A stretch of DNA of 64,000 nt, from contig NIVC01001626.1 of assembly GCA_002269645.1 (NCBI GenBank), positions 194,340 through 258,339 on the forward strand. The letters run 5' to 3'. The translations under genes were made by a program, and so were the position numbers. The stretch's first letter is position 1. Each line of letters starts with the position of its first letter. This DNA is from Macrostomum lignano (lineage: Eukaryota). Below are positions 48,401 to 57,844 of this stretch, one piece after another. The notes beneath the pieces were generated by a model. The model was given only the letters and a program-made list of their open reading frames with translations, was not told the DNA's origin and searched no databases.

Positions 48401-51400
48401 GGATTCCTGTGTCTGTGGGATTCCTGTGTCTGTGGGATTCCTGTGTCTGTGGGATTCCTGTGTCTGTGGGATTCCTATGCCTGTGGGATTCCTGTGTCTG
48501 TGGGATTCCTATGCCTGTGGGATTCCTGTGTCTGTGGGATTCCTGTGTCTGTGGGATTCCTGTGTCTGTGGGATTCCTATGCCTGTGGGATTCCTGTGTC
48601 TGTGGGATTCCTATGCCTGTGGGATTCCTGTGTCTGTGGGATTCCTGTGTCTGTGGGATTCCTATGCCTGTGGGATTCCTGTGTCTGTGGGATTCCTGTG
48701 TCTGTGGGATTCCTGTGTCTGTGGGATTCCTGTGTCTGTGGGATTCCTATGCCTGTGGGATTCCTGTGTCTGTGGGATTCCTGTGTCTGTGGGATTCCTG
48801 TGTCTGTGGGATTCCTATGCCTGTGGGATTCCTGTGTCTGTGGGATTTATGTATCTATGGGATTCCTGTGCCTGTGGGATTCCTATGTCTGTGGGATTCC
48901 TGTGCCTGTGGGATTCCTGTGTTTGTGGGATTCCTGTGTCTGTGGGATTCCTGTGTCTGTGGGATTCCTGTGTCTGTGGGATCTGAATCAATGGATGCTC
49001 ATAATGTTCCATCCTCAGTTTCGTGAGTCTTGGCTTCATCTCTATGTGCCCAGGCCTCCCAGCTTCATGTACTCACTCACCCGAGCTCCATCACTCCCCC
49101 CTCCGCAGGGCTGGCTGTGGCGGCGGCACGAGCGCAGCGAGCAGGTGGGTGACTGGAGCGCCAGCTTCTACGAGGTGCGCGGCCTGCGGCTGTGCGTGCG
49201 GAAGCGGCGCGAGCACCTGTCTGCTGAGGACGTCCGGCGCAACAAGGAGGTGATGGAGAAATTCGCCAAAGGTCACGTGGCCCAGAATCTCGAATTCGAG
49301 GAGCGCCATTCGCTGCCGCCGCCGACCCCGCCGCCGGAGCCCGAGGATGAGGCGGCCCTGGAAGCTGCCTGGGCGGCCTACCTGGCCGGAGACAGTCCCT
49401 ACCTGGGCCGCAAGCCCGTGCTGAAGGACAGCATCAAGACCCACACATGCCGGCTGGCTATGGCCGAGGATTTCCCGCTGGATGTGAAGCAGTAAGCAGT
49501 TTCCCTGTGAGATTCCTATCATGAGATTGTGAGATTCCTAATTTCCTACCATGAAATTAAAATTCCTACCGTGAGATTATAAGACTCCTACCATGCGATT
49601 GTAGATTCCTACCATGAGATTGTGAGATTCCTACCATGAGACTATGAGGCTCCTACCATGGGATTGTGAGATTCCTACCATGAGATTATGAAACTTCTAA
49701 CATGAGATTGTGAGATTCCTACCGTGAGATTATGAGGCTCCTACCATGGGATTGTGAGATTCCTACCATGAGATTATGAAACTTCTAACATGAGATTGTG
49801 AGATTCCTATCGTGAGATTAAAATTCCTACCGTGAGATTATAAGACTCCTACCATGAGATTGTAGATTCCTACTATGAGATTGTGAGATTCCTACCATGA
49901 GATTGTAGATTCTTACCATGAGATTGTAAGATTCCTACCATGAGATTGTAGATTCTTACCATGAGATTGTAAGATTCCTACCATGAGATTGTAGATTCTT
50001 ACCATGAGATTGTGTGGTATTTACTGTGAGATTGTGAGGCTGCTACCATGAGAATATGAGATTCCTACCATGAGATTGTGAGATTCCTATCATGATATTG
50101 TGAGATTACTACTATGAGATTGTGAGATTCCTACCATGAGATTGTCAGATTCCTACCATGAGATTGTGAGATTCCTATCATGAGATTGTGAGATTCCTAC
50201 CATGAGATTGTCAGATTCCTACCATGAGATTGTGAGATTCCTATCATGAGATTGTGAGACTCCTACCATGAGATTGTGAGATAACTATTATGAGATTGTG
50301 AGATTCCTATCATGAGATTGTGAGATTACTACTATGAGATTGTGTGATTCCTACCATGAGATTGTGAGATTGCTACCATGATATTGTGAGATTCTTGCAA
50401 TTCCTAGCATTAAGATTCCAGTATGAGATTTCCCCTGGAATTATCCCAAGACCGCAGTCCCAAACCCCAATTCGATCCGCCAGATTCCTCGAGCTGCTCC
50501 GCCTGCTGGCGCCGTTCAAGCAGTTCAACCGGTTGCGCGAATTCCTCAGCAACCAGCTGCCGCCCGGGTTCCCGGTGAAGATCGGTGAGCTTCGCTTTGG
50601 TGACAGTGCGGCACCATAGGCGGCCATGCCTACTTGCAGTAGTATAAGTGCTGTGGGATGCAGTCTTGCAGTTTTTTGCTAGTGATTTGCAATTGGATAT
50701 GAGCAGTGCAGAGGTAATACCAAATAATGAATATATAAATATGAGCAAGCTATAAGTAGGTGGCATGGCCTTTATGAGCAGGTTAAAATAGGCATAACCA
50801 TTATGAGCAGGCTATCAGTAGGTATGACCATTATGAGCAGGCTATCAGTAGGCATGACATTTATGAGCAGGCTATAATTATACATGACCATTATCAGTAG
50901 GCTATAAATAGGCATGACCATTATGAGCAGGCTGTCAGAAGGCATAACCATTATGAGCATTCTATCAGTAGGCATGACCATTATGAGCAGGCTATCAGTA
51001 GGCATGACAATTATGAGCAGGCTATAACTATACATGACCATTATGAGCAGATAATAAGTAGGCATGACCATTATGAGAAGGCTATCAGTAGGCATGACCA
51101 TTATGAGCAGGCTATCAGTAGGCATGACCATTATGAGCAGGCTATCAGTAGGCATGACCATTATGAGAAGGCTATCAGTAGGCATGACCATTATGAGCAG
51201 GCTATCAGTAGGCATGACCATTATGAGCAGGCTATCAGTAGGCATGACCATTATGAGCAGGCTATCAGTAGGCATGACCATTATGAGCAGGCTATCAGTA
51301 GGCATGACCATTATGAGCAGGCTATCAGTAGGCATGACCATTATGAGCAGGCTATCAGTAGGCATGACCATTATGAGCAGGCTATAATTATACATGACCA

Positions 51401-51908
51401 TTATGAGCAGATTATAAGTAGGCATGACCATTATGAGCAGATTACAAGTAGACATGACCATTATGAGCAGGCTATCAGTAGGCATGACCATTATGAGCAG
51501 GCTATCAGTAGGCATGGCCATTATGAGCAGGCTATCAGTAGGCATGACCATTATGAGCAGTCTATCAGTAGGCATGACCATTATGAGCAGGCTATCAGTA
51601 GGCATGACCATTATGAGCAGGCTATAATTATACATGACCATTATGAGCAGATTATAAGTAGGCATGACCATTATGAGCAGATTACAAGTAGACATGACCA
51701 TTATGAGCAGGCTATCAGTAGGCATGACCATTATGAGCAGAACCAAGCCAGCAGCCTCGCACACCCGCCCACAGAGATGCCGGTCTATCCCACCATCACG
51801 GCCCAGGTGAGCTTCCGCCACTACGAGCTGCGCACCGACCTCGCCGACTCGCTGTTCACCATCCCGGAGGGCTTCAAGCACAGCCGGCGCCGGTTCCCCA
51901 ACTTGTGA
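39446..51908 (+). CDS. ANKRD13C: Ankyrin repeat domain-containing protein 13C-like, 7 exons: 39446-39794, 45336-45482, 46979-47110, 47553-47872, 49109-49491, 50484-50584, 51775-51908; about 521 aa
   Basis: All junctions are GT-AG and phase-compatible (total 1566 nt). Motifs: QDKHGNTALHIAIMRGH...WSPICEAVSYGD, DFYLEIKWDFQTWVPLLSRLLPSD, RKRREHLS, APFKQFNRLREF...LPPGFPVKI. Ends RRFPNL* with no UIMs, as in ANKRD13C. The start codon is less certain. Confidence 0.92.
40000..40449. repeat. About 55-62-bp AT-rich tandem repeat in ANKRD13C intron 1, interrupted by the LTR element (continues 45128-45300)
   Basis: Unit AAAATCTTAAAAACAGTAGTCAATCTTGGTTGCTAGGCAACCATCTTTG(TTTG)TAGGT on both sides of the insertion. 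Confidence 0.85.
40450..40654 (-). repeat. 3' LTR (205 bp)
   Basis: Identical to the 5' LTR except for an A-run length (10 vs 5) and one substitution. Confidence 0.95.
40655..40670 (-). other. Polypurine tract
   Basis: Minus strand GTGGGGGAGAAA immediately precedes the 3' LTR. Confidence 0.8.
40794..44165 (-). CDS. pol: Gypsy pol (protease, RT, RNase H, integrase), in -1 frame to gag; one in-frame TAA at 43104-43106
   Basis: LIDSGS (protease); YMDD (RT); YTDAS...EKECLA...FTDH (RNase H); H-H-C-C zinc finger, AIDV..SDQG..NGLVER (integrase). ORFs 43104-44102 and 40794-43091 are in the same frame. Confidence 0.92.
44109..44165 (-). promoter_or_regulatory. -1 programmed ribosomal frameshift signal: slippery heptamer + H-type pseudoknot
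   Basis: G GGA AAC in the gag frame, 6-nt spacer, stem 1 GGCCGGGG/CCCCTGGCC, stem 2 GCCCGC/GCGGGC. A -1 shift enters the pol frame. Confidence 0.8.
44117..44908 (-). CDS. gag: Gypsy gag with CCHC zinc knuckle, about 263 aa
   Basis: MAEGGSH...F..WLQRFELCAAANKW...FLDGEAL...QFIRGLP...CWNCHRRGHIARNC. Confidence 0.92.
   Translation of the reverse strand: MAEGGSHRAIPRAFSSGNFKEWLQRFELCAAANKWVNDKHLHLPTFLDGEALAVFLELDENSKSDYSKVTKALSQAFHPDSQKFSALDAFESRKLLPGESPRLFLYHLKQLLKDAGISEAGATATMLTHQFIRGLPEDISKQIRADASAKTVSDALARAQLLLELPSATTDGFKQPLAAAAGAAGSAETAELRAAVSSLQATVQDLAAKLGSEVSDSCAIRSARRQREVTCWNCHRRGHIARNCNQPSGNGTGRGRARTPGQF
44912..44925 (-). other. Primer-binding site, probably initiator tRNA-Met
   Basis: TGGTAGCAGAGCGT lies 2 nt after the 5' LTR and is complementary to a ...GCUCUGCUACCA tRNA 3' end. 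Confidence 0.75.
44928..45127 (-). repeat. 5' LTR (200 bp)
   Basis: TGTAACAC...ATATTACA. Confidence 0.95.
45520..46155. repeat. TG/CTGGGTCT-rich repeats incl. 37-bp unit, ANKRD13C intron 2
   Basis: CTGGGTCTCTCAGGGTGTCCCTGGTGTCTGTGTATGC repeated about 5 times, preceded by degenerate ~20-bp units. Confidence 0.8.
46635..46950. repeat. 12-bp/8-bp repeat (GACAGACTGGCT), 3' end of ANKRD13C intron 2
   Basis: Ends about 30 nt before the acceptor. Confidence 0.9.
47140..47535. repeat. 41-bp minisatellite filling ANKRD13C intron 3
   Basis: Unit CCTGATCCGTCACTCCCTCTGCCACACCTGTCACTCTCGTA, about 9 copies. Confidence 0.92.
47905..48985. repeat. 17-bp minisatellite (TGGGATTCCTGTGTCTG), about 63 copies, ANKRD13C intron 4
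   Basis: Direct reading; the unit has no stop codon in any + frame. Confidence 0.95.
49500..50400. repeat. About 22-bp minisatellite (CCTACCATGAGATTGTGAGATT), ANKRD13C intron 5
   Basis: About 40 variable copies starting about 10 nt after the donor. Confidence 0.92.
50775..51740. repeat. 30-bp minisatellite (GGCATGACCATTATGAGCAGGCTATCAGTA), ANKRD13C intron 6
   Basis: About 32 copies ending about 35 nt before the acceptor. Confidence 0.95.
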
Positions 51909-52074
51909 CGGGACCTGGGGGACGCGGCCCTCCTGCTGCCGCTGACCGCGCCGCTGGTGGCCGAGGCTGACGACGGCGGCCACCTGCTGTGCGTCGACCT
52001 GCCGCTGTCCAATGTCGGCGAGTCCGGGCCCGTCCTCCGAGTGGAACTCTGATGTCCTTGATAGAATGCTGCAT

Positions 52075-52497
52075 TGAGTCCTTTGATGTGTGCCACCCCC
52101 GCTGCTATCTGAATCCTTTGATGTGTGCCGCCCCCGCTGCTATCTGAATCCTTTGATGTGTGCCGCCCCCGCTGCTATCTGAATCCTTTGATGTGTGCCG
52201 CCCCCGCTGCTATCTGAATCCTTTGATGTGTGCCACCCCCGCTGCTATCTGAATCCTTTGATGTGTGCCACCCCCGCTGCTATCTGAATCCTTTGATGTG
52301 TGCCGCCCCCGCTGCTATCTGAATCCTTTGATGTGTGCCGCCCCCGCTGCTATCTGAATCCTTTGATGTGTGCCACCCCCGCTGCTATCTGAATCCTTTG
52401 ATGTGTGCCGCCCCGCTGCTATCTGAATCCTTTGATGTGTGCCGCCCCCGCTGCTATCTGAATCCTTTGATGTGTGCCACCCCCGCTGCTATCTGAT
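52075..52497. repeat. 35-bp minisatellite downstream of the ANKRD13C stop
   Basis: Unit GAATCCTTTGATGTGTGCCGCCCCCGCTGCTATCT, about 12 copies. Confidence 0.92.
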
Positions 52498-53231
52498 CAC
52501 AGAATGTCCGGTATTGTTCAATCTACTCTAGAGAGCGGATTATTTTTTATTTTTACGAAACCAATTTTAGTTTTAAAGTTTTAAAAGTGCTTATCGTGAT
52601 GTTTTTACTGCTTATTTTAATCGAAAGCTGAATTGAAATTTTAGTTGTAGTTTAAAACTAATTGCTTACTCTCGATGATGAGGATTATCATGATGTTGTT
52701 AATTGGTGACCCAACCAGAGTGCCGGAGCAGTGCGCCTGCACCTGTACAATATCCGGGTCCATTGGTTTGCCTCTTGCCTCATTTTCTATTCGAACTGCC
52801 ACTCAGCTTGCGGTATCCCAGTTGTCTCAGGTAGTGAGATGCAGCACCCCACATTGTTGGCCAATATTTGAAGGCCGATTTTTGCAAATTTGCACGCAAC
52901 GAAAATGGAAAACTGACGACAGCAGCCCGGAACTGTCAAATTTTCTAAACCAGTCGCTCGCGCCCCAGTGGCTTTTTTTGCAACTTCTGAGCGGTCAGCA
53001 TTGATGATTTTGTACAAATTCAATGGAATAATTCACTGTTCACACTTACAAGCACCAGTGCTTTGAACCAACTGGCATATCTGTGTCCATTGTGATCTGC
53101 TTTCTATTCAGCACTGGACTTTGGCTTTTCAAATACACAAGATTCTAATAAATTTTGTCTGGCTTTTGATTTTTTATCCAAATAGATAGTCAGAGATGCG
53201 ACTCCTGTTTTTGTAACAATTTATGAATTCC

Positions 53232-54285
53232 TGGGGGCAGCACACACTGAGGCCTGAAGCACTGGGGCAGCACACACTGAGGCCTGAAGCACTGGGGGCA
53301 GCACACACTGAGGCCTGAAGCACTGGGGGCAGCACACACTGAGGCCTGAAGCACTGGGGGCAGCACACACTGAGGCCTGAAGCACTGGAGGGGCAGCACA
53401 CACTGAGGCCTGAAGCACTGGGGGGGCAGCACACACTGAGGCCTGAAGCACTGGGGGCAGCACACACTGAGGCCTGAAGCACTGGGGGCAGCACACACTG
53501 AGGCCTGAAGCACTGGGGGCAGCACACACTGAGGCCTGAAAAACTGGGGGCAGCACACACTGAGGCCTGAAGCACTGGGGGCAGCACACATTGAGGCCTG
53601 AAGCACTGGGGGCAGCACACATTGAGGCCTGAAGCACTGGAGGGGCAGCACACACTGAGGCCTGAAGCACTGGGGGGCAGCACACACAGGCCTGAAGCAC
53701 TGGGGCAGCACACACTGAGGCCTGAAGCACTGGGGCAGCACACACTGAGGCCTGAAGCACTGGGGCAGCACACACTGAGCCTGAAGCACTGGGGCAGCAC
53801 ACACTGAGGCCTGAAGCACTGGGGGGCAGCACACACTGAGGCCTGAAGCACTGGGGCAGCACACACTGAGCCTGAAGCACTGGGGCAGCACACACTGAGG
53901 CCTGAAGCACTGGGGGCAGAACACACTGAGGCCTGAAGCACTGGGGGGCAGAACACACTAAGGCCTGAAGCACTGGGGCAGAACACACTGAGGCCTGAAG
54001 CACTTGGGAGCAGCACACACTGAGGCCTGAAGCACTGGGGCAGCACACACTGAGGCCTGAAGCACTGGGGGGGGGCAGCACACACTGAGGCCTAAAGCAC
54101 TGAGGGCAGCACACACTGAGGCCTGAAGCACTGAGGGCAGCACACACTGAGGCCTGAAGCACTGGGGGGGGGGCAGCACACACTGAGGCCTGAAGCACTG
54201 GGGGGCAGCACACACAGGCCTGAAGCACTGGAGCAGCACACACTGAGCCTGAAGCACTGGGGGCAGCACACACTGAGGCCTGGAG
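53232..54285. repeat. 31-33-bp minisatellite (GCAGCACACACTGAGGCCTGAAGCACTGGGG) directly upstream of REV7
   Basis: About 33 copies with variable G-run. Confidence 0.95.
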
Positions 54286-54372
54286 GTCTTCTGGCACTAA
54301 CCACTCTGCATGAATGAGGTCAAAAAACATAAAAATAGCTCTTAAACCGCTTCAGCCCTTTCCACATCCCGG

Positions 54373-55074
54373 ATGTCCGCACCGGAGCCATTGGCCGGCC
54401 GCAGCGCCGCCGACCTCAGGCGAGGCGGAGCCAGCGAGGCGGAGCGCCGGCTGCTCACCTACGCGGCGGAGTTCATCGAGCTGCTGCTGCACCAGCTGCT
54501 GCGCCGGCACCGGGTGTACCCGACTGGCGCCTTCCAGCTGCGCCAGCGCTACGGCTTGCCCGTGTGGCAGTGCGCGCACCCCCGGGTCGCCGAGTACACC
54601 GCCGCCGTGGCCAGCACCTTCGAGTTGTGCGCTGGCGCCGTCGACCGACTGCGGGTGACGTTCCGGCCCTGCCGCCCAGATCGTCGGGCAGTTCGCTACT
54701 GCCTGCTGGTGCGGCTGCGGCCTCAACGGTTCGAGGACAACGCGGACGCCTGTCTGCGGCTGGAGGCCCAGCTGGCCCGGCTGCTGCTGTGCGCGCTGGG
54801 GCCGCCGCAGTGCAGGGAAGCCGCCGCGGAGCCGGCTGACGGAGCCGAGGAATCAGCTGAGTGGAGCGTGGAATTCGTTGCTAAGGAACCGCTGGAGGGA
54901 CTCGCGAGTCCGCACTTCCCCATCGGCCGGGTCGGCTGCGAGGACGGCGGCGAGCGAGAGACATTCGGCGACGGCGCCCGCAGTCGATTGGCGCCGATGG
55001 GTAGCGCCGTGGCGCCGTTTCTGGGCCTGGATCTCGCTTTGGAGGAGCTGCCTGAGGATGCTGGGGAGGCGTAG
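54373..55074 (+). CDS. MAD2L2: HORMA-domain protein, MAD2L2/REV7-like, intronless, 233 aa
   Basis: AEFIELLLHQLLRRHRVYPTGAFQLRQRYGLPVWQCAHPRVAEY resembles REV7 [44 protein letters not shown] (recalled). Also LEAQLARLLL and the C-terminal RLAPMGS...LDLALEE. Confidence 0.8.
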   Translation: MSAPEPLAGRSAADLRRGGASEAERRLLTYAAEFIELLLHQLLRRHRVYPTGAFQLRQRYGLPVWQCAHPRVAEYTAAVASTFELCAGAVDRLRVTFRPCRPDRRAVRYCLLVRLRPQRFEDNADACLRLEAQLARLLLCALGPPQCREAAAEPADGAEESAEWSVEFVAKEPLEGLASPHFPIGRVGCEDGGERETFGDGARSRLAPMGSAVAPFLGLDLALEELPEDAGEA

Positions 55075-55077
55075 GCG

Positions 55078-55230
55078 GATGTGGGAGAGGCATGCACTGA
55101 TGTGGGGGAGGCATGCACTGATGTGGGGAAGACATGCACTGATGTGGGGGAGGCATGCACTGATGTGGGGGAGGCATGCACTGATGTGGGGGAGGCATGC
55201 ACTGATGTGGGGGAGGCATGCACTGATGAC
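55078..55230. repeat. 21-bp repeat (GATGTGGGGGAGGCATGCACT), about 7 copies, starting right after the REV7 stop
   Basis: Direct reading. Confidence 0.9.
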
Positions 55231-55499
55231 ACTCAGCTGCCCAGTGTTTCTACAAAGCTGAAATTTGTGCTCATTTTTACTTCCAGTTTGAACCGTTGCA
55301 TTTTTGTAAATACAAACTGCGCGCTGTGATCTGCGGTGAAAATGTTATTAAAAAATAAAAACTTTTCTTTTTGCTGAGCTTTGAATAGTTAATCTTTATT
55401 ATTTATATAGCCAGGGCATCCTAAATATTTCTTGCTAAAGTTGCCGAAGTGATTCAGAGTAACGGTTTAATGGGGTCGAGTTTAATGTGGGGGTAAATT

Positions 55500-56925
55500 C
55501 TGGTTTAATTGGGTTGTGAAGTCGGGTTTAATGGGGCTGTGAAGTCGGGTTTAATGGGGCTGTGAAGTCGGGTTTAATGGGGCTGTGAAGTCGGGTTTAA
55601 TGGGGCTGTGAAGTAGGGTTTAATGGGGCTGTGAAGTAGGGTTTAATGGGGCTGTGAAGTCGGGTTTAATGGGGCTGTGAAGTCGGGTTTAATGGGGCTG
55701 TGAAGTCGGGTTTAATGGGGCTGTGAAGTCTGGTTTAATGTGGCTGTGAAGTCGGGTTTAATGGGGCTGTGAAGTCGGGTTTAATGGGGCTGTGAAGTCG
55801 GGTTTAATGGGGCTGTGAAGTCGGGTTTAATGGGGCTGTGAAGTCGGGTTTAATGGGGCTGTGAAGTCGGGTTTAATGGGGCTGTGAAGTCGGGTTTAAT
55901 GGGGCTGTGAAGTCTGGTTTAATGTGGCTGTGAAGTCGGGTTTAATGGGGCTGTGAAGTCGGGTTTAATGGGGCTGTGAAGTCGGGTTTAATGGGGCTGT
56001 GAAGTCGGGTTTAATGGGCTGTGAAGTCTGGTTTAATGGGCTGTGAAGTCTGGTTTAATGGGGCTGTGAAGTCTGGTTTAATGGGGCTGTGAAGTCTGGT
56101 TTAATGGGGCTGTGAAGTCGGGTTAAATGGGGCTGTGAAGTCTGGTTTAATGGGGCTGTGAAGTCTGGTTTAATGGGGCTGTGAAGTAGGGTTTAATGGG
56201 GCTGTGAAGTCGGGTTTAATGGGGATGTGAAGTCGGGTTTAATGGGGCTGTGAAGTCGGGTTTAATGGGGCTGTGAAGTCGGATTTTATGGGGCTGTGAA
56301 GTCTGGTTTAATGGGGCTGTGAAGTCGGGTTTAATGGGGCTGTGAAGTCTGGTTTAATGTGGCTGTGAAGTCGGGTTTAATGGGGCTGTGAAGTCGGGTT
56401 TAATGGGGCTGTGAAGTCGGGTTTAATGGGGCTGTGAAGTAGGGTTTAATGGGGCTGTGAAGTCTGGTTTAATGGGGCTGTGAAGTCTGGTTTAATGGGG
56501 CTGTGAAGTCTGGTTTAATGGGGCTGTGAAGTCTGGTTTAATGGGGCTGTGAAGTCGGGTTAAATGGGGCTGTGAAGTCTGGTTTAATGGGGCTGTGAAG
56601 TCTGGTTTAATGGGGCTGTGAAGTAGGGTTTAATGGGGCTGTGAAGTCTGGTTTAATGGGGCTGTAAAGTCGGGTTTAATGGGGCTGTGAAGTCGGGTTT
56701 AATGGGCTGTGAAGTAGGGTTTAATGGGGCTGTGAAGTCGGGTTTAATGGGGCTGTGAAGTAGGGTTTAATGGGGCTGTGAAGTAGGGTTTAATGGGGCT
56801 GTGAAGTAGGGTTTAATGGGGCTGTGAAGTCTGGTTTAATGGGGCTGTGAAGTAGGGTTTAATGGGGCTGTGAAGTCTGGTTTAATGGGGCTGTAAAGTC
56901 GGGTTTAATGGGGCTGTGAAGTCGG
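55500..56925. repeat. 23-bp G-rich minisatellite (GGGTTTAATGGGGCTGTGAAGTC), about 60 copies
   Basis: Direct reading. Confidence 0.95.
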
Positions 56926-57844
56926 CTGCAAGAATTCAGAAGGGTCCATAATATTTTTCCGCTGAGATTTGCCCACAATGCTTTTTTCTGCAGTGTGTTT
57001 CGACTCCAATGCTCTTAGTAAAGAGATTTGGGGCCATGGCGACGTTTCCTACTAGCGCATGCATGCATTAACCGCTCACCGATGTGCTCCTACATGTATA
57101 GATGAAAATGAAGTCCTGCTGCATGGAAGAAATTTGATATGCAGTTACATGTACTACCGCAACGTCTTGATTGGGGCAAATCTCTTCAGTAAGATTTAAT
57201 AGGAAAAGCATTGCGGGCTGCCTACCTTGGATCGCCTGATGTCTTGTGCTTCTGACGTCACAACGTGCTGAATTTCTCTTTCAGAGTAAACTTGTGTAAA
57301 AGAAATCTAGCACTTTGTGATGCCAGAAGCGTGACTGCTCACAGCTAAAACAGAGCTGGGAACCATCGACAGTAAAGTAAATTGAGAAGGTGCTCAGACT
57401 TGAAACTGCTTCTAGAGCATGCTTTGTCAGGATTGACAAACTGCTGTCAACCAAACTGGCTGTGTCAACTTTGTAAACTAAATTTATGCAAAACTGTCCC
57501 TTTAAACGAGATAAATCTTCCTTTATTGAGTCTTGACTCTAACGAGTGATGCTGGGCATTAAGTTTATATTTCAGACTAAATCGTATGATAACAGGCATT
57601 ATCAAAGAAAATGTTAAACAGACACTGCTCAAAGAGCTTTGTTGGGTTTGCTCACGACTGCTTTAATGACAAATCCTCTGGGTTTATTTTTTGACAACTC
57701 TCTTTCCTTGCTCAGATTGCTAGTCAAACACGAGTGTTCTCAGTATTGTCACCTCGTAGCATCGTGTTCTCACTGGCACTTCTTTGCTCAGCTTGTAAGC
57801 CAAGCACTCCCGGTTTGCCTCAAATCATCGGGTTCTCAATCTGC

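Noticed and set aside
56965-57220. Short inverted matches (GCCCACAATGCTTTT / AAAAGCATTGCGGGC)
   Set aside because: Possibly an old MITE, but the ends and TSD could not be defined.
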